This document shows positions 41,030 to 49,689 of a stretch of 64,000 nt of DNA, piece after piece. The position numbers and the translations under genes are program-made. The DNA is from a bacterium (GTDB taxonomy: Bacteria; Bacillota_I; Bacilli_A; RFN20; CAG-826), in assembly GCA_963638555.1 (NCBI GenBank), contig CAVHQU010000004.1:65993-129992 (forward strand). Reading direction: 5' to 3'. Position 1 is the stretch's first letter; each line of letters opens with the position of its first letter. Below the pieces are notes generated by a model. The model was not told the DNA's origin, did not search any database, and saw only the letters and a list, made by a program, of their open reading frames with translations.

Positions 41030-41866
41030 ATGAAAAAGAACTTAATATTAGGCTTAGCATCTTTAATGCTTCTCTCCTCTTGCGGAATTAACTCTTTTGG
41101 CAAGGAAATTACATCGTTAGATGATTTTGTCATGATTTATAAAGATTCTGACGATGATTTCAATGTTGTTAAAGCAAATCGCGTCTTCTCAAGATCAGAT
41201 AAGGCACCAGATGCTGATTTAACGCCAAGCAATCTTCCGAATCATAATGCTGAAATCTATTCAGGAAATGATTTTATCTATGAAGAAACGACTAAATATA
41301 CTGGATTCACTATTCAATATGATGTGGATACGTATTTCCTTGTTGAAGGCGATAAGAATGGTATCGTTTCCACAGATCCTGATGACATCAACGCGTATCG
41401 CTTAGCGGCTCGTTCAATCATTGATACGGATTATCAAACAGTCTTATCCGTATATGATTATATGAAAAAATTCATTGGAAAAACCGGAACTGCAGAAATT
41501 GATAACACTTCCTACACGAACGTTTCTCTAACATTTGCCGATGCAAATACGACTATCGGATACACGCTTAAATATACTTATCAAAATGGTAACGGTTCTC
41601 GCACGGAAGAACGTTACATAACTCTTGATGACGTTGGCAATAAGAAATGGGGAGTCACATTCTATTCCGAACGTATTACAGATACTATTGATGGTGAAGA
41701 GTTCTATTATGTCACGGAATATCAATTCTCTTGTGTAAATGATGAAACGTTGAATAAGAAAACCTTAGCGGCAAAAAACAATCTATCAACATTTACCTTT
41801 ACAGCAAAAGGGCTTACCGATGGCGACGTTTCTCTCGATGGCGATGTTCCATTAACAAAGAAATAA
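41030..41866 (+). CDS. Lipoprotein of unknown function
   Basis: Lipobox LLSSCGIN. 278 aa. Last gene of the tightly packed run that begins at 37713. Confidence 0.6.
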   Translation: MKKNLILGLASLMLLSSCGINSFGKEITSLDDFVMIYKDSDDDFNVVKANRVFSRSDKAPDADLTPSNLPNHNAEIYSGNDFIYEETTKYTGFTIQYDVDTYFLVEGDKNGIVSTDPDDINAYRLAARSIIDTDYQTVLSVYDYMKKFIGKTGTAEIDNTSYTNVSLTFADANTTIGYTLKYTYQNGNGSRTEERYITLDDVGNKKWGVTFYSERITDTIDGEEFYYVTEYQFSCVNDETLNKKTLAAKNNLSTFTFTAKGLTDGDVSLDGDVPLTKK

Positions 41867-41924
41867 CGAATAAATATTATTTCTTGCATGATTTACTTGC
41901 TTGTAGTAAGATACTTCATGCGTT

Positions 41925-42000
<76 letters not shown>

Positions 42001-42002
42001 AA

Positions 42003-42037
42003 ACAAAAAGAAATGCTCCTAATAAGGAGCTTTTTTT
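42003..42037 (+). terminator. Rho-independent terminator after the tRNA-Lys
   Basis: GCTCCT-aata-AGGAGC hairpin followed by TTTTTTT. Confidence 0.55.
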
Positions 42038-42094
42038 GTGTCTTAATGAAACTATTATTGAAAATTAGTCATTTATAGGCATTAATATATATAA

Positions 42095-42541
42095 ATGGAA
42101 AAACAATTATCAATCTCTCGCTTAAGAAGGATTAAAGCGGCTTTGGAGAAAAAGCAAAAGAAATACGTTACATTAGACATGCTATCTAGATGGGTCGCAT
42201 TATATCCTGATGTGGTTTCCGATGAACTGGTTTATTTTGAACCGATGATAAAAATGGACCAATCTTTGAATATGATGGATATTTTGCCAGCAATAAACGA
42301 ATATCTTTCAAAGATTGATGAAAAGAATAAGGAAAATAGAATCAACAAGCCGAGAAGAACTCCAGTAAAAAAGGCTGAAGTTCATGAATATAAATCCGTA
42401 TCTGATTTCGTCTATAGAAAAATGGCTGGCCCAGGCGGACTGATTTCTCCTTCGGAAGAGCTAAATGATCATGATCTCAGAATTTTAGAATTGCTCGTAA
42501 AGGAAGAAATATCTAAGAGAAGAAAGAAAAAGAAAAAATGA
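42095..42541 (+). CDS. Hypothetical basic protein with a poly-Lys tail
   Basis: 148 aa ORF with no recognisable motif. C-terminus is SKRRKKKKK. Lies between the tRNA-Lys and the toxin-antitoxin pair. Confidence 0.45.
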   Translation: MEKQLSISRLRRIKAALEKKQKKYVTLDMLSRWVALYPDVVSDELVYFEPMIKMDQSLNMMDILPAINEYLSKIDEKNKENRINKPRRTPVKKAEVHEYKSVSDFVYRKMAGPGGLISPSEELNDHDLRILELLVKEEISKRRKKKKK

Positions 42542-42788
42542 TTGCTCTTATAAAAACGGTAGCGCAATGTTAGAAAAATATGTTCCTTTATGGGAAATAA
42601 TAAAAACAAGGGCAGAACACTAGCATATTGTCTAATATCGAATGATCATGTTTTTTGGATTTTTAAGATCATTGATTAACGATGAATGGATTAATGGAAA
42701 ACGTTATCATGTCTGTTAACTTTATAAATAGAGTGCAATAAATGCACTTTTTATTTTATTAAAAGGGCAATTATCTTGTAATCTAGTT

Positions 42789-43271
42789 ATGAATCAGATG
42801 TCATCACTTAAAGAATTACGTAAAAATGCAAAAATTACTCAAATAGAGGCAGCAAAAATAGTTGGAATGCCAATAAGAACATATAAGGATTATGAAAATC
42901 TTCCGGAAAGAGAAGGGACATTGAAATATAAGGCTATAATGGCACTTCTTAATGAGTATGTCTTGTTAGATGAAGAACACGGCATATTAGATTTGGAAAC
43001 GATAAGAAAAACTGTATCTGATGTTTTGAAAAATTATCAAGTCAAATCATGTTACCTTTTTGGCTCATATGCAAAAGGAGAGGCAAGAAATAATAGCGAT
43101 GTTGATTTAGTGATAGACATTGAAGTTACTGGACTTTCATTCTTTGGATTGATTGAAGATTTAAGAGAAAATTTGCATAAAAGGGTCGATTTACTTGATT
43201 TAAACCAACTGGTTAATAACAAGGAATTAATTAGTGAGGTTTTGAAAACTGGAATTAAGATTTATGGCTAA
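42789..43271 (+). CDS. XRE-HTH fused to a minimal nucleotidyltransferase (MntA-like antitoxin)
   Basis: N-terminal HTH (LRKNAKITQIEAAKIVGMPIRTYKDYEN) and a pol-beta-type NTase motif GSYAKGEARNNSDVDLVID. Overlaps the HEPN gene by 8 nt. Confidence 0.75.
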   Translation: MNQMSSLKELRKNAKITQIEAAKIVGMPIRTYKDYENLPEREGTLKYKAIMALLNEYVLLDEEHGILDLETIRKTVSDVLKNYQVKSCYLFGSYAKGEARNNSDVDLVIDIEVTGLSFFGLIEDLRENLHKRVDLLDLNQLVNNKELISEVLKTGIKIYG

Positions 43272-43542
43272 AAATTACAACAAATATTATCTAGAAAAAA
43301 TAATTGATGAAATAGATTACATTAGCAAATTGATTCAAAACGTTTCGTTTGAGGAATTTTCGTCTAATATTTTGATAAAAGATTCAATTTGCTTTCGCTT
43401 TATTCAAATCTCGGAGCATGGGAAAATGCTTGAGAAGGAGCTAATTGACAAAAACAAGCAAATACCGTTTAACAAAATTATTGGTTTGAGAAATAGAATA
43501 GTTCATGATTATGGCGGGGTAGATTTGACAGTTGTTTTATAA
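43264..43542 (+). CDS. HEPN-domain protein (HepT-like toxin)
   Basis: 92 aa with an Rx4-6H HEPN motif (RNRIVHDY) near the C-terminus. Translationally coupled to the upstream nucleotidyltransferase. Confidence 0.7.
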   Translation: MAKNYNKYYLEKIIDEIDYISKLIQNVSFEEFSSNILIKDSICFRFIQISEHGKMLEKELIDKNKQIPFNKIIGLRNRIVHDYGGVDLTVVL

Positions 43543-43888
43543 AACAGCAAAGGATGATTTATTACCACTAAAGTCGCAATTGGAGGAATTGTTAACTAAA
43601 CTGAAATAAGCAGCAACATTTTCAAAATATAATTATAATTGCAATAAAAGTCTACATATACTAACTCAAAAGCGAATCCTTGATATACGTTTCAAAATTC
43701 TTTACAACATTCACGATTAAAATGCCCTTACAATCTGAACTTTATTTTAATTAAAAACTGATAAATAAAATATTTCTTTGTTAGTCTAAACTAACGTCGA
43801 TTTTATCTGTATTTTTAATGAAATCTTTGTTTTGTTAAACTACTTTTAAAGTTCTATACTTTAAGTGTTTAAGGAGATATTTATATAA

Positions 43889-46800
43889 ATGTCTGAAATT
43901 AAAAAAACTTTTAAGTCCGTTGATGGCAACACTGCTGCCTCAATAGAAAGCTACTATTTTACAGAAGTAGCAGCCATTTATCCTATCACCCCATCTTCGC
44001 CAATGGCCGAAAACGTTGACGTTATGGCTTCAAAGGGTGAGAAAAACTTCTTTGATCAACCAGTTAAAGTAGTTGAGATGCAATCTGAAGCAGGCGCTTC
44101 TGGCGCAGTTCACGGCGCCTTACAAGGTGGTGCTTTAGCCACGACATACACAGCTTCCCAAGGCTTGTTACTTATGATTCCAAACCTCTACAAATGGTGT
44201 GGTGAACTTTTACCAGCAGTCTTACATGTATCCGCTCGTTCTTTAGCAACTCGCGCCCTTTCCATTTTTGGTGATCAAGCTGATATTTATGCTTGCCGTC
44301 AAACTGGCGTTACGATGATTTGCTCTGGTTCAGTTCAAGAGATCGCTGATTTAGCACCAATTGCTCACTTAACCGCAATTGATGCATCAACTCCAGTCAT
44401 GCATTTCTTTGATGGTTTCCGTACTTCTCACGAAGTTCAAAACGTTGAATTCGTTGATAAAGAAGAATGGAAAAAACTTCTTCCTATGGATAAGGTTGAA
44501 GCATTCCGCGCTCGCGCCCTTAACCCACATACTCATCCGGTAACACGTGGTGGTGCAGAGAATGATGATATTTACTTCCAAGCACGTGAAGCGCAAAACT
44601 CACATTGGAATAACATTCTTCCAATCGCTGAGAAATATTTTGCCGAAGCAACACGCTTAACTGGTCGTGAATACGCTCCATTTGTCTATTATGGTGATCC
44701 AAATGCCGATCGTGTTATCATCGCTATGGGTTCAGTCACTGAGACCGCAAGCGAAGTCGTTGATGCGTTAAACGCAGCCGGAGAACATGTTGGTGTTGTC
44801 AAAGTCCATCTTTATCGTCCATTCTCCGCTGAACATCTTTCTAAAGCAATCCCTGCATCAGTTAAAAAGATTGCTGTTCTCGATAGAACAAAAGAAAATG
44901 GCTCTGAAGGAGAACCTCTCTACCTTGATGTTGTTTCTGCAATGTTCAAACTCAATCGCCATTTTGACACAATCATCGGTGGACGTTATGGCCTTTCTTC
45001 AAAAGATACTCAGCCAAAAGATGTCAAATCAGTCTTTGACTTCTTGAATGCAGAAAAGAATTGGACAGGATTTACAGTTGGTATCACAGATGACGTTACA
45101 CACCTCTCTATCCCAGTTGACAATTCCTTCAAGATTCCTGCCTACTACACATCTTGCTTATTCTATGGCTTAGGAAGTGATGGCACGGTTTCTGCTAACA
45201 AATCTTCTATTAAGATTATTGGTGATGCAACTGGACAATACGCTCAAGCTTATTTCCAATATGACTCCCGCAAATCCGGTGGAACAACTCGTTCACACTT
45301 ACGTTTTGGCAAGAAGCCAATTCGTTCTGAATATTATGTCAAGAATGCAGACTTCATTTCCTGCTCCCTTGATACATATATCTTGAAATACGATATCATT
45401 GCCAACCTCAAAGATGGCGGAACATTCTTACTCAACACAAACATGAGTGATGAAGAACTTGCCTCAGCAATGCCAAATCGTATGAAACATCTCTTAGCTG
45501 AGAAACATGTAAAATTCTACGCTATCGACGCTAACAAACTCGCTGAAGAATGTCATATGGGTCGCCACACAAATACAACTCTTCAAGCCGCTTTCTTCAA
45601 ATTAAATCCGCAAATTATGCCTTATGAACAAGCTGAAGAATGGATGAAGAAGTTTGTTAAGAAAACATACGAAAGAAAAGGAATGGACATCGTTCAAAAC
45701 AACTACGATGCTATTGATGCTGGCCCGGCAGGTCTTCGTGAAGTCGCTATCGATCCAAAATGGATTGAACTCCCAACAACCAAGGTCTTAGAAGATACTG
45801 GTGATACATATTATGATGAATATGTTGGCACAATTGATCGTCTTGATGGTGATGAACTCCCAACATCCGAATTCCTTAAGTACGAATTGGCCGATGGCAC
45901 GATGGAAGAAAATATTGTTTTCCGTCAAAAGAGAGCTATTGCAGACCGTGTTCCAGTTTGGAATCCAGCATACTGTATTGAATGTAACCAATGTGCATTC
46001 GTTTGCCCTCACGCAACAATTCGTCCATATCTCTTAGACGAAGAAGAACTTGCAAAGGCTCCTTCCATCATCAAAGATTCAGTCAAACCAGTCACCGGTT
46101 CACCAAAAGCCGCTAACCTTAAATATCGTATTAGCGTTGCAACAGAAAACTGCGTTGGCTGCGGACTTTGTGTCTCTGAATGTATGGCCAACCAAACAGC
46201 CAAGAAGATGGGCAATGATCACTTTGCGCTTGTCATGAAAGATGCTAAAGCAGAATTCGGTGAGCAAGTTGCGGCTGACTATTGCTACTACAATGTTTCG
46301 AATAAGACCGATATCTTCCCACTCACAACAGTTAAAGGTGTTGGATTCTTACGCCCATACATGGAAGTTTCAGGTGCTTGCGCAGGATGTGGTGAAGCTC
46401 CTTATTATCGCTTACTCTCACAATTATTCGGACACGACTTATTGATTGCAAACGCAACAGGATGCTCTTCAATTTATTGTGGTTCTACCCCATTAACTCC
46501 TTTTGTCAAAGATAAGAATGGCGAAGGTGTTGCTTGGGCCAACTCCTTATTCGAAGATAATGCTGAATATGGCTTTGGCATGAGAATTGCCAATGACTAT
46601 AAGATGTCTGTTATCAATCGTATTGTTTCTGCCGCTATCGCCGATGAAACAGTTGAAGAAAGTTTAAAGGATGCTGCAACAAAATACCTTGAAGCACTCT
46701 CTAAGAAAGATAGAGACGCAGAACGAGCAATCGTTCCAACTCTTATCAAAGAAGTCGATGCTTCTAAGAACGAAGCTGTCAAAGAACTTAAGAATTACTA

Positions 46801-47464
46801 TCGTGATTTAGTTGAGAAATCAGTTTGGATCATTGGCGGCGACGGCTGGTCTTATGATATTGGCTATGGTGGATTAGATCACGTTCTTGCCAATGAAGCA
46901 GACGTTAATGTTCTTGTTCTTGACACAGAAGTCTATTCCAATACAGGCGGACAAGCTTCTAAATCTTCTCAAACAGGCTCTATCAATAAGTTCACTGCCT
47001 CTGGTAAAAAGGAAGCCAAGAAGAACCTTGCCTTAATGGCAATGTCTTATGGACACGTTTATGTTGCTCAAATCGCATTAGGTGCAAACCCAATGAAGGC
47101 AATCCAAGCTCTTAAGGAAGCTGAATCCTATAATGGACCATCACTTGTTATCTGCTATTGCCCATGTTTGGAACAACATATCAAAGGCGGTCTTGTTAAT
47201 TCCATTTCTGAAGAAAAGAAAGCAGTCGAATGTGGCTATTTCACATGTTTCAGATATGATCCAAGGCTCGTTGCTCAAGGAAAACCTGGCTTAACACTTG
47301 ATTGCAAAGAACCGGATTGGAGCAAGTTCAGAGACTTCTTGATGTTAGAAACAAGATTCTCCCAACTTCCAGTTATTAATCCAGAACATTCTGAAGAACT
47401 TCTCACGAAGTGTGAACAATACGCAAAATCTCGTTGGGAAGCAATTAAGAAATTTGGCTTATAA
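43889..47464 (+). CDS. nifJ: Pyruvate:ferredoxin (flavodoxin) oxidoreductase
   Basis: 1191 aa single-chain PFOR. Two 4Fe-4S ferredoxin motifs (CIECNQCAFVCP, CVGCGLCVSEC) and a TPP-binding GDG region. Confidence 0.95.
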   Translation: MSEIKKTFKSVDGNTAASIESYYFTEVAAIYPITPSSPMAENVDVMASKGEKNFFDQPVKVVEMQSEAGASGAVHGALQGGALATTYTASQGLLLMIPNLYKWCGELLPAVLHVSARSLATRALSIFGDQADIYACRQTGVTMICSGSVQEIADLAPIAHLTAIDASTPVMHFFDGFRTSHEVQNVEFVDKEEWKKLLPMDKVEAFRARALNPHTHPVTRGGAENDDIYFQAREAQNSHWNNILPIAEKYFAEATRLTGREYAPFVYYGDPNADRVIIAMGSVTETASEVVDALNAAGEHVGVVKVHLYRPFSAEHLSKAIPASVKKIAVLDRTKENGSEGEPLYLDVVSAMFKLNRHFDTIIGGRYGLSSKDTQPKDVKSVFDFLNAEKNWTGFTVGITDDVTHLSIPVDNSFKIPAYYTSCLFYGLGSDGTVSANKSSIKIIGDATGQYAQAYFQYDSRKSGGTTRSHLRFGKKPIRSEYYVKNADFISCSLDTYILKYDIIANLKDGGTFLLNTNMSDEELASAMPNRMKHLLAEKHVKFYAIDANKLAEECHMGRHTNTTLQAAFFKLNPQIMPYEQAEEWMKKFVKKTYERKGMDIVQNNYDAIDAGPAGLREVAIDPKWIELPTTKVLEDTGDTYYDEYVGTIDRLDGDELPTSEFLKYELADGTMEENIVFRQKRAIADRVPVWNPAYCIECNQCAFVCPHATIRPYLLDEEELAKAPSIIKDSVKPVTGSPKAANLKYRISVATENCVGCGLCVSECMANQTAKKMGNDHFALVMKDAKAEFGEQVAADYCYYNVSNKTDIFPLTTVKGVGFLRPYMEVSGACAGCGEAPYYRLLSQLFGHDLLIANATGCSSIYCGSTPLTPFVKDKNGEGVAWANSLFEDNAEYGFGMRIANDYKMSVINRIVSAAIADETVEESLKDAATKYLEALSKKDRDAERAIVPTLIKEVDASKNEAVKELKNYYRDLVEKSVWIIGGDGWSYDIGYGGLDHVLANEADVNVLVLDTEVYSNTGGQASKSSQTGSINKFTASGKKEAKKNLALMAMSYGHVYVAQIALGANPMKAIQALKEAESYNGPSLVICYCPCLEQHIKGGLVNSISEEKKAVECGYFTCFRYDPRLVAQGKPGLTLDCKEPDWSKFRDFLMLETRFSQLPVINPEHSEELLTKCEQYAKSRWEAIKKFGL

Positions 47465-47477
47465 TTCCTAAAAAATA

Positions 47478-47506
47478 AGACTTCATCGCAAGATGGAGTC
47501 TTTTTC
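47478..47506. terminator. Bidirectional terminator between convergent nifJ and the rluA-like gene
   Basis: AGACTTCAT-cgcaag-ATGGAGTCT followed by TTTTT. Confidence 0.5.
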
Positions 47507-47512
47507 TTTTAC

Positions 47513-48157
47513 TCATAATAACCATAATGGTTTAACTGAGAATTCTTTTACTTTTATTGAAGAAGATTCAGGGAAGACCAACTTATAGGCGTTTAAGTAC
47601 ATGCGCTTTGCGGGAGTGTTCGAATATTTTGCATCGCCTAATAAATGATATCCGAGAGAATTTATTGCCATTCTAATTTGGGCGCGTCTTCCTGTTTCTA
47701 TGGATATATCTAAAACTGTGCCTATTTGGATTTGATTCTTACTAGTTAAATGGGTTATTGCGTCCTTCCCATTTTCTTTGTTTGTAGAGAATACTTTTCC
47801 ACCTATACCATTGCTAGAGAGATATTGGGTTACATCATGATGAATGCTAGGTTCTATTCTTTCTTCAATAACGGCCTCGTATAAACGAGTTACTCGCCTA
47901 TTTTCAAAATATGATTGAAGTTCTACTTTGAGCGATTCTTCTTTAGCGAATATCATAATACCAGATGTTTCGTAGTCTAAACGATGAACGATGAATGGCC
48001 TTTCGCCTTTCTTCTTAAGATATTCGTATAAGTAATGATATAAGTTATGAGAATAAGTTCTTTTATCATTTGTACGAATGCTAAAAACATTACGTTCCTT
48101 GTACACGACTAATATATCTTTATCTTCATATATGATGTAATAAGGCGTTTTTTTCAT
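47513..48157 (-). CDS. RluA-family pseudouridine synthase
   Basis: Catalytic motif HRLDYETSG. 214 aa. Confidence 0.8.
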   Translation of the reverse strand: MKKTPYYIIYEDKDILVVYKERNVFSIRTNDKRTYSHNLYHYLYEYLKKKGERPFIVHRLDYETSGIMIFAKEESLKVELQSYFENRRVTRLYEAVIEERIEPSIHHDVTQYLSSNGIGGKVFSTNKENGKDAITHLTSKNQIQIGTVLDISIETGRRAQIRMAINSLGYHLLGDAKYSNTPAKRMYLNAYKLVFPESSSIKVKEFSVKPLWLL

Positions 48158-48358
48158 GCCTATTAGTATAGATATGTTAAAGGCTGTAATAAACTATTTT
48201 CCTTACAAAAAGTCGTTTTGTTTCTAAAAAATGTCATTTCATTCTTTTGAATGTCGTTTCATTCCCTAAGCAAACATTTTTCGTTGAATTTATTTTATAA
48301 TCAAAATCGCTTTGAATAAGGCGAGAAATGAGCATATCTTTACGTTTTATTTTATTGC

Positions 48359-48388
48359 TTGACATTCAATATTCTTGATGTATATTAA
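48359..48388 (+). promoter_or_regulatory. Strong sigma-A-like promoter upstream of the secreted beta-rich protein gene
   Basis: TTGACA, 16-17 nt, TG-n-TATATT (extended -10), about 30 nt before the AAGGAGG RBS. Confidence 0.4.
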
Positions 48389-48415
48389 TTTAAATTCTTA
48401 GTGAAGGAGGATATT

Positions 48416-49144
48416 ATGTTAACAGTATTAATGACAGCATTTTTATCGTTTTCAATCATAAACGGAACTGATGCATTAAGCGATGATCCATATGCGGCAT
48501 CAGTTGCATCTGATATTACAAGCGGCCAAATTTCGACGTACGGTTCGAATGGCGCTGGAACAACTACTAGTGTAAATATTCCAACGGGCGATTTTGAAAT
48601 AAATTGGTGGTATGAAGGATTAGTTGGAAGACATCAAATGTCCACGATAAATTCGAACAAACATCTTGGAATAGTGTGCATTAAAGAATTAACAAGCTAC
48701 TATAGCGGTAATGTTGCGGAAGATTTTACATATTCGGAATCAATCACTACCGTGGAAACAAATTCAATCTCCACATCTGTTAAATTTGGATTTGAATGGG
48801 CAAAAGCTATTTCAACTAAAATTAACATCGCTGGTGTTGAAGCTGGTGAGGAATCCGGTCCAACGTTTGAGTTTGATATCGAAAATACAACAACATACAC
48901 TTATAGCAAATCAACGACACAAACTGTCAGTTTTAAGGTAAAACAATCCCTTATTGAAGGCAAGAAATTCGCTGTTTGTGTGGCTGCCGATGTTTATCAA
49001 ATTGAATGTTCTAAATGGCAATATGATAATTATTGGTGGGGAAATTACGAAGTTAGTGGAAGCCGTTCAACTTATTATATTTATTTGGCACTTAATCCCT
49101 TTGTTACCATTGTTTATCAAAATAGCGGGGAGGTTGTAAAATGA
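48416..49144 (+). CDS. Secreted Ser/Thr-rich all-beta protein (possible aerolysin/ETX-MTX2-like pore former)
   Basis: Signal peptide MLTVLMTAFLSFSIINGTDA. Ser/Thr-rich beta-strand sequence with an amphipathic stretch (SVKFGFEWAKAISTKINIAGVEAG). ATG 48416 follows AAGGAGG. Confidence 0.55.
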   Translation: MLTVLMTAFLSFSIINGTDALSDDPYAASVASDITSGQISTYGSNGAGTTTSVNIPTGDFEINWWYEGLVGRHQMSTINSNKHLGIVCIKELTSYYSGNVAEDFTYSESITTVETNSISTSVKFGFEWAKAISTKINIAGVEAGEESGPTFEFDIENTTTYTYSKSTTQTVSFKVKQSLIEGKKFAVCVAADVYQIECSKWQYDNYWWGNYEVSGSRSTYYIYLALNPFVTIVYQNSGEVVK

Positions 49145-49689
49145 AACAATTAAAATTTAGGTTAGCAATCTTTGCTTTGATGACGCTTTCAGCTTTAACT
49201 TCCTGTAACTCAAATACAAAAACTGCTTCTTTAGATGATTATGATATTGTTGAAGTCGGTGTAAAAGAAAATGTAGTCATAGAACGTTATTCTTTAGTAA
49301 CAATGGGTTTCTTATTTAAGGGCGCTACTATAGAAATTAATGAAGCGAGCGTTTATGAAGGCCTTAATCCATTCTTTTTTAAGGGAAACAATTGTTTAAC
49401 TAAAGAAGAGTCAATATTGTTTGCAGATAAGTATTCATACTCTCATTATACGACTGATGAATTGTATCAAACTAGTGAAGGATACTTTTCATATTGTAAA
49501 AGAAGTAAAAGCTCAAAAACTAAGTTTTCTTTTAAGGAAGATAGTATCGAGGATAATAAAAGGTATTTTGCTGGTGGAGTCTCTGATGTTATGGAATACA
49601 CTTTAACGCCTAAAGATCCAACAAAACCTACAATTACAATCTACGGATGCACAACACCAATAACAATTACATTGGTTACCGCTTATTAG
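49141..49689 (+). CDS. Lipoprotein of unknown function, coupled to the secreted protein gene
   Basis: Lipobox ALTSCNSN. ATGA overlap with the upstream gene. Confidence 0.6.
   Translation: MKQLKFRLAIFALMTLSALTSCNSNTKTASLDDYDIVEVGVKENVVIERYSLVTMGFLFKGATIEINEASVYEGLNPFFFKGNNCLTKEESILFADKYSYSHYTTDELYQTSEGYFSYCKRSKSSKTKFSFKEDSIEDNKRYFAGGVSDVMEYTLTPKDPTKPTITIYGCTTPITITLVTAY

Noticed and set aside
43543-43888. Possible Rex or other operator palindrome (GTTAG-tctaaa-CTAAC) in the 346-nt AT-rich region upstream of nifJ
   Set aside because: Only a 5-bp inverted repeat. It does not match the Rex consensus (TTGTGAA...TTCACAA). Too weak to call without comparative data.
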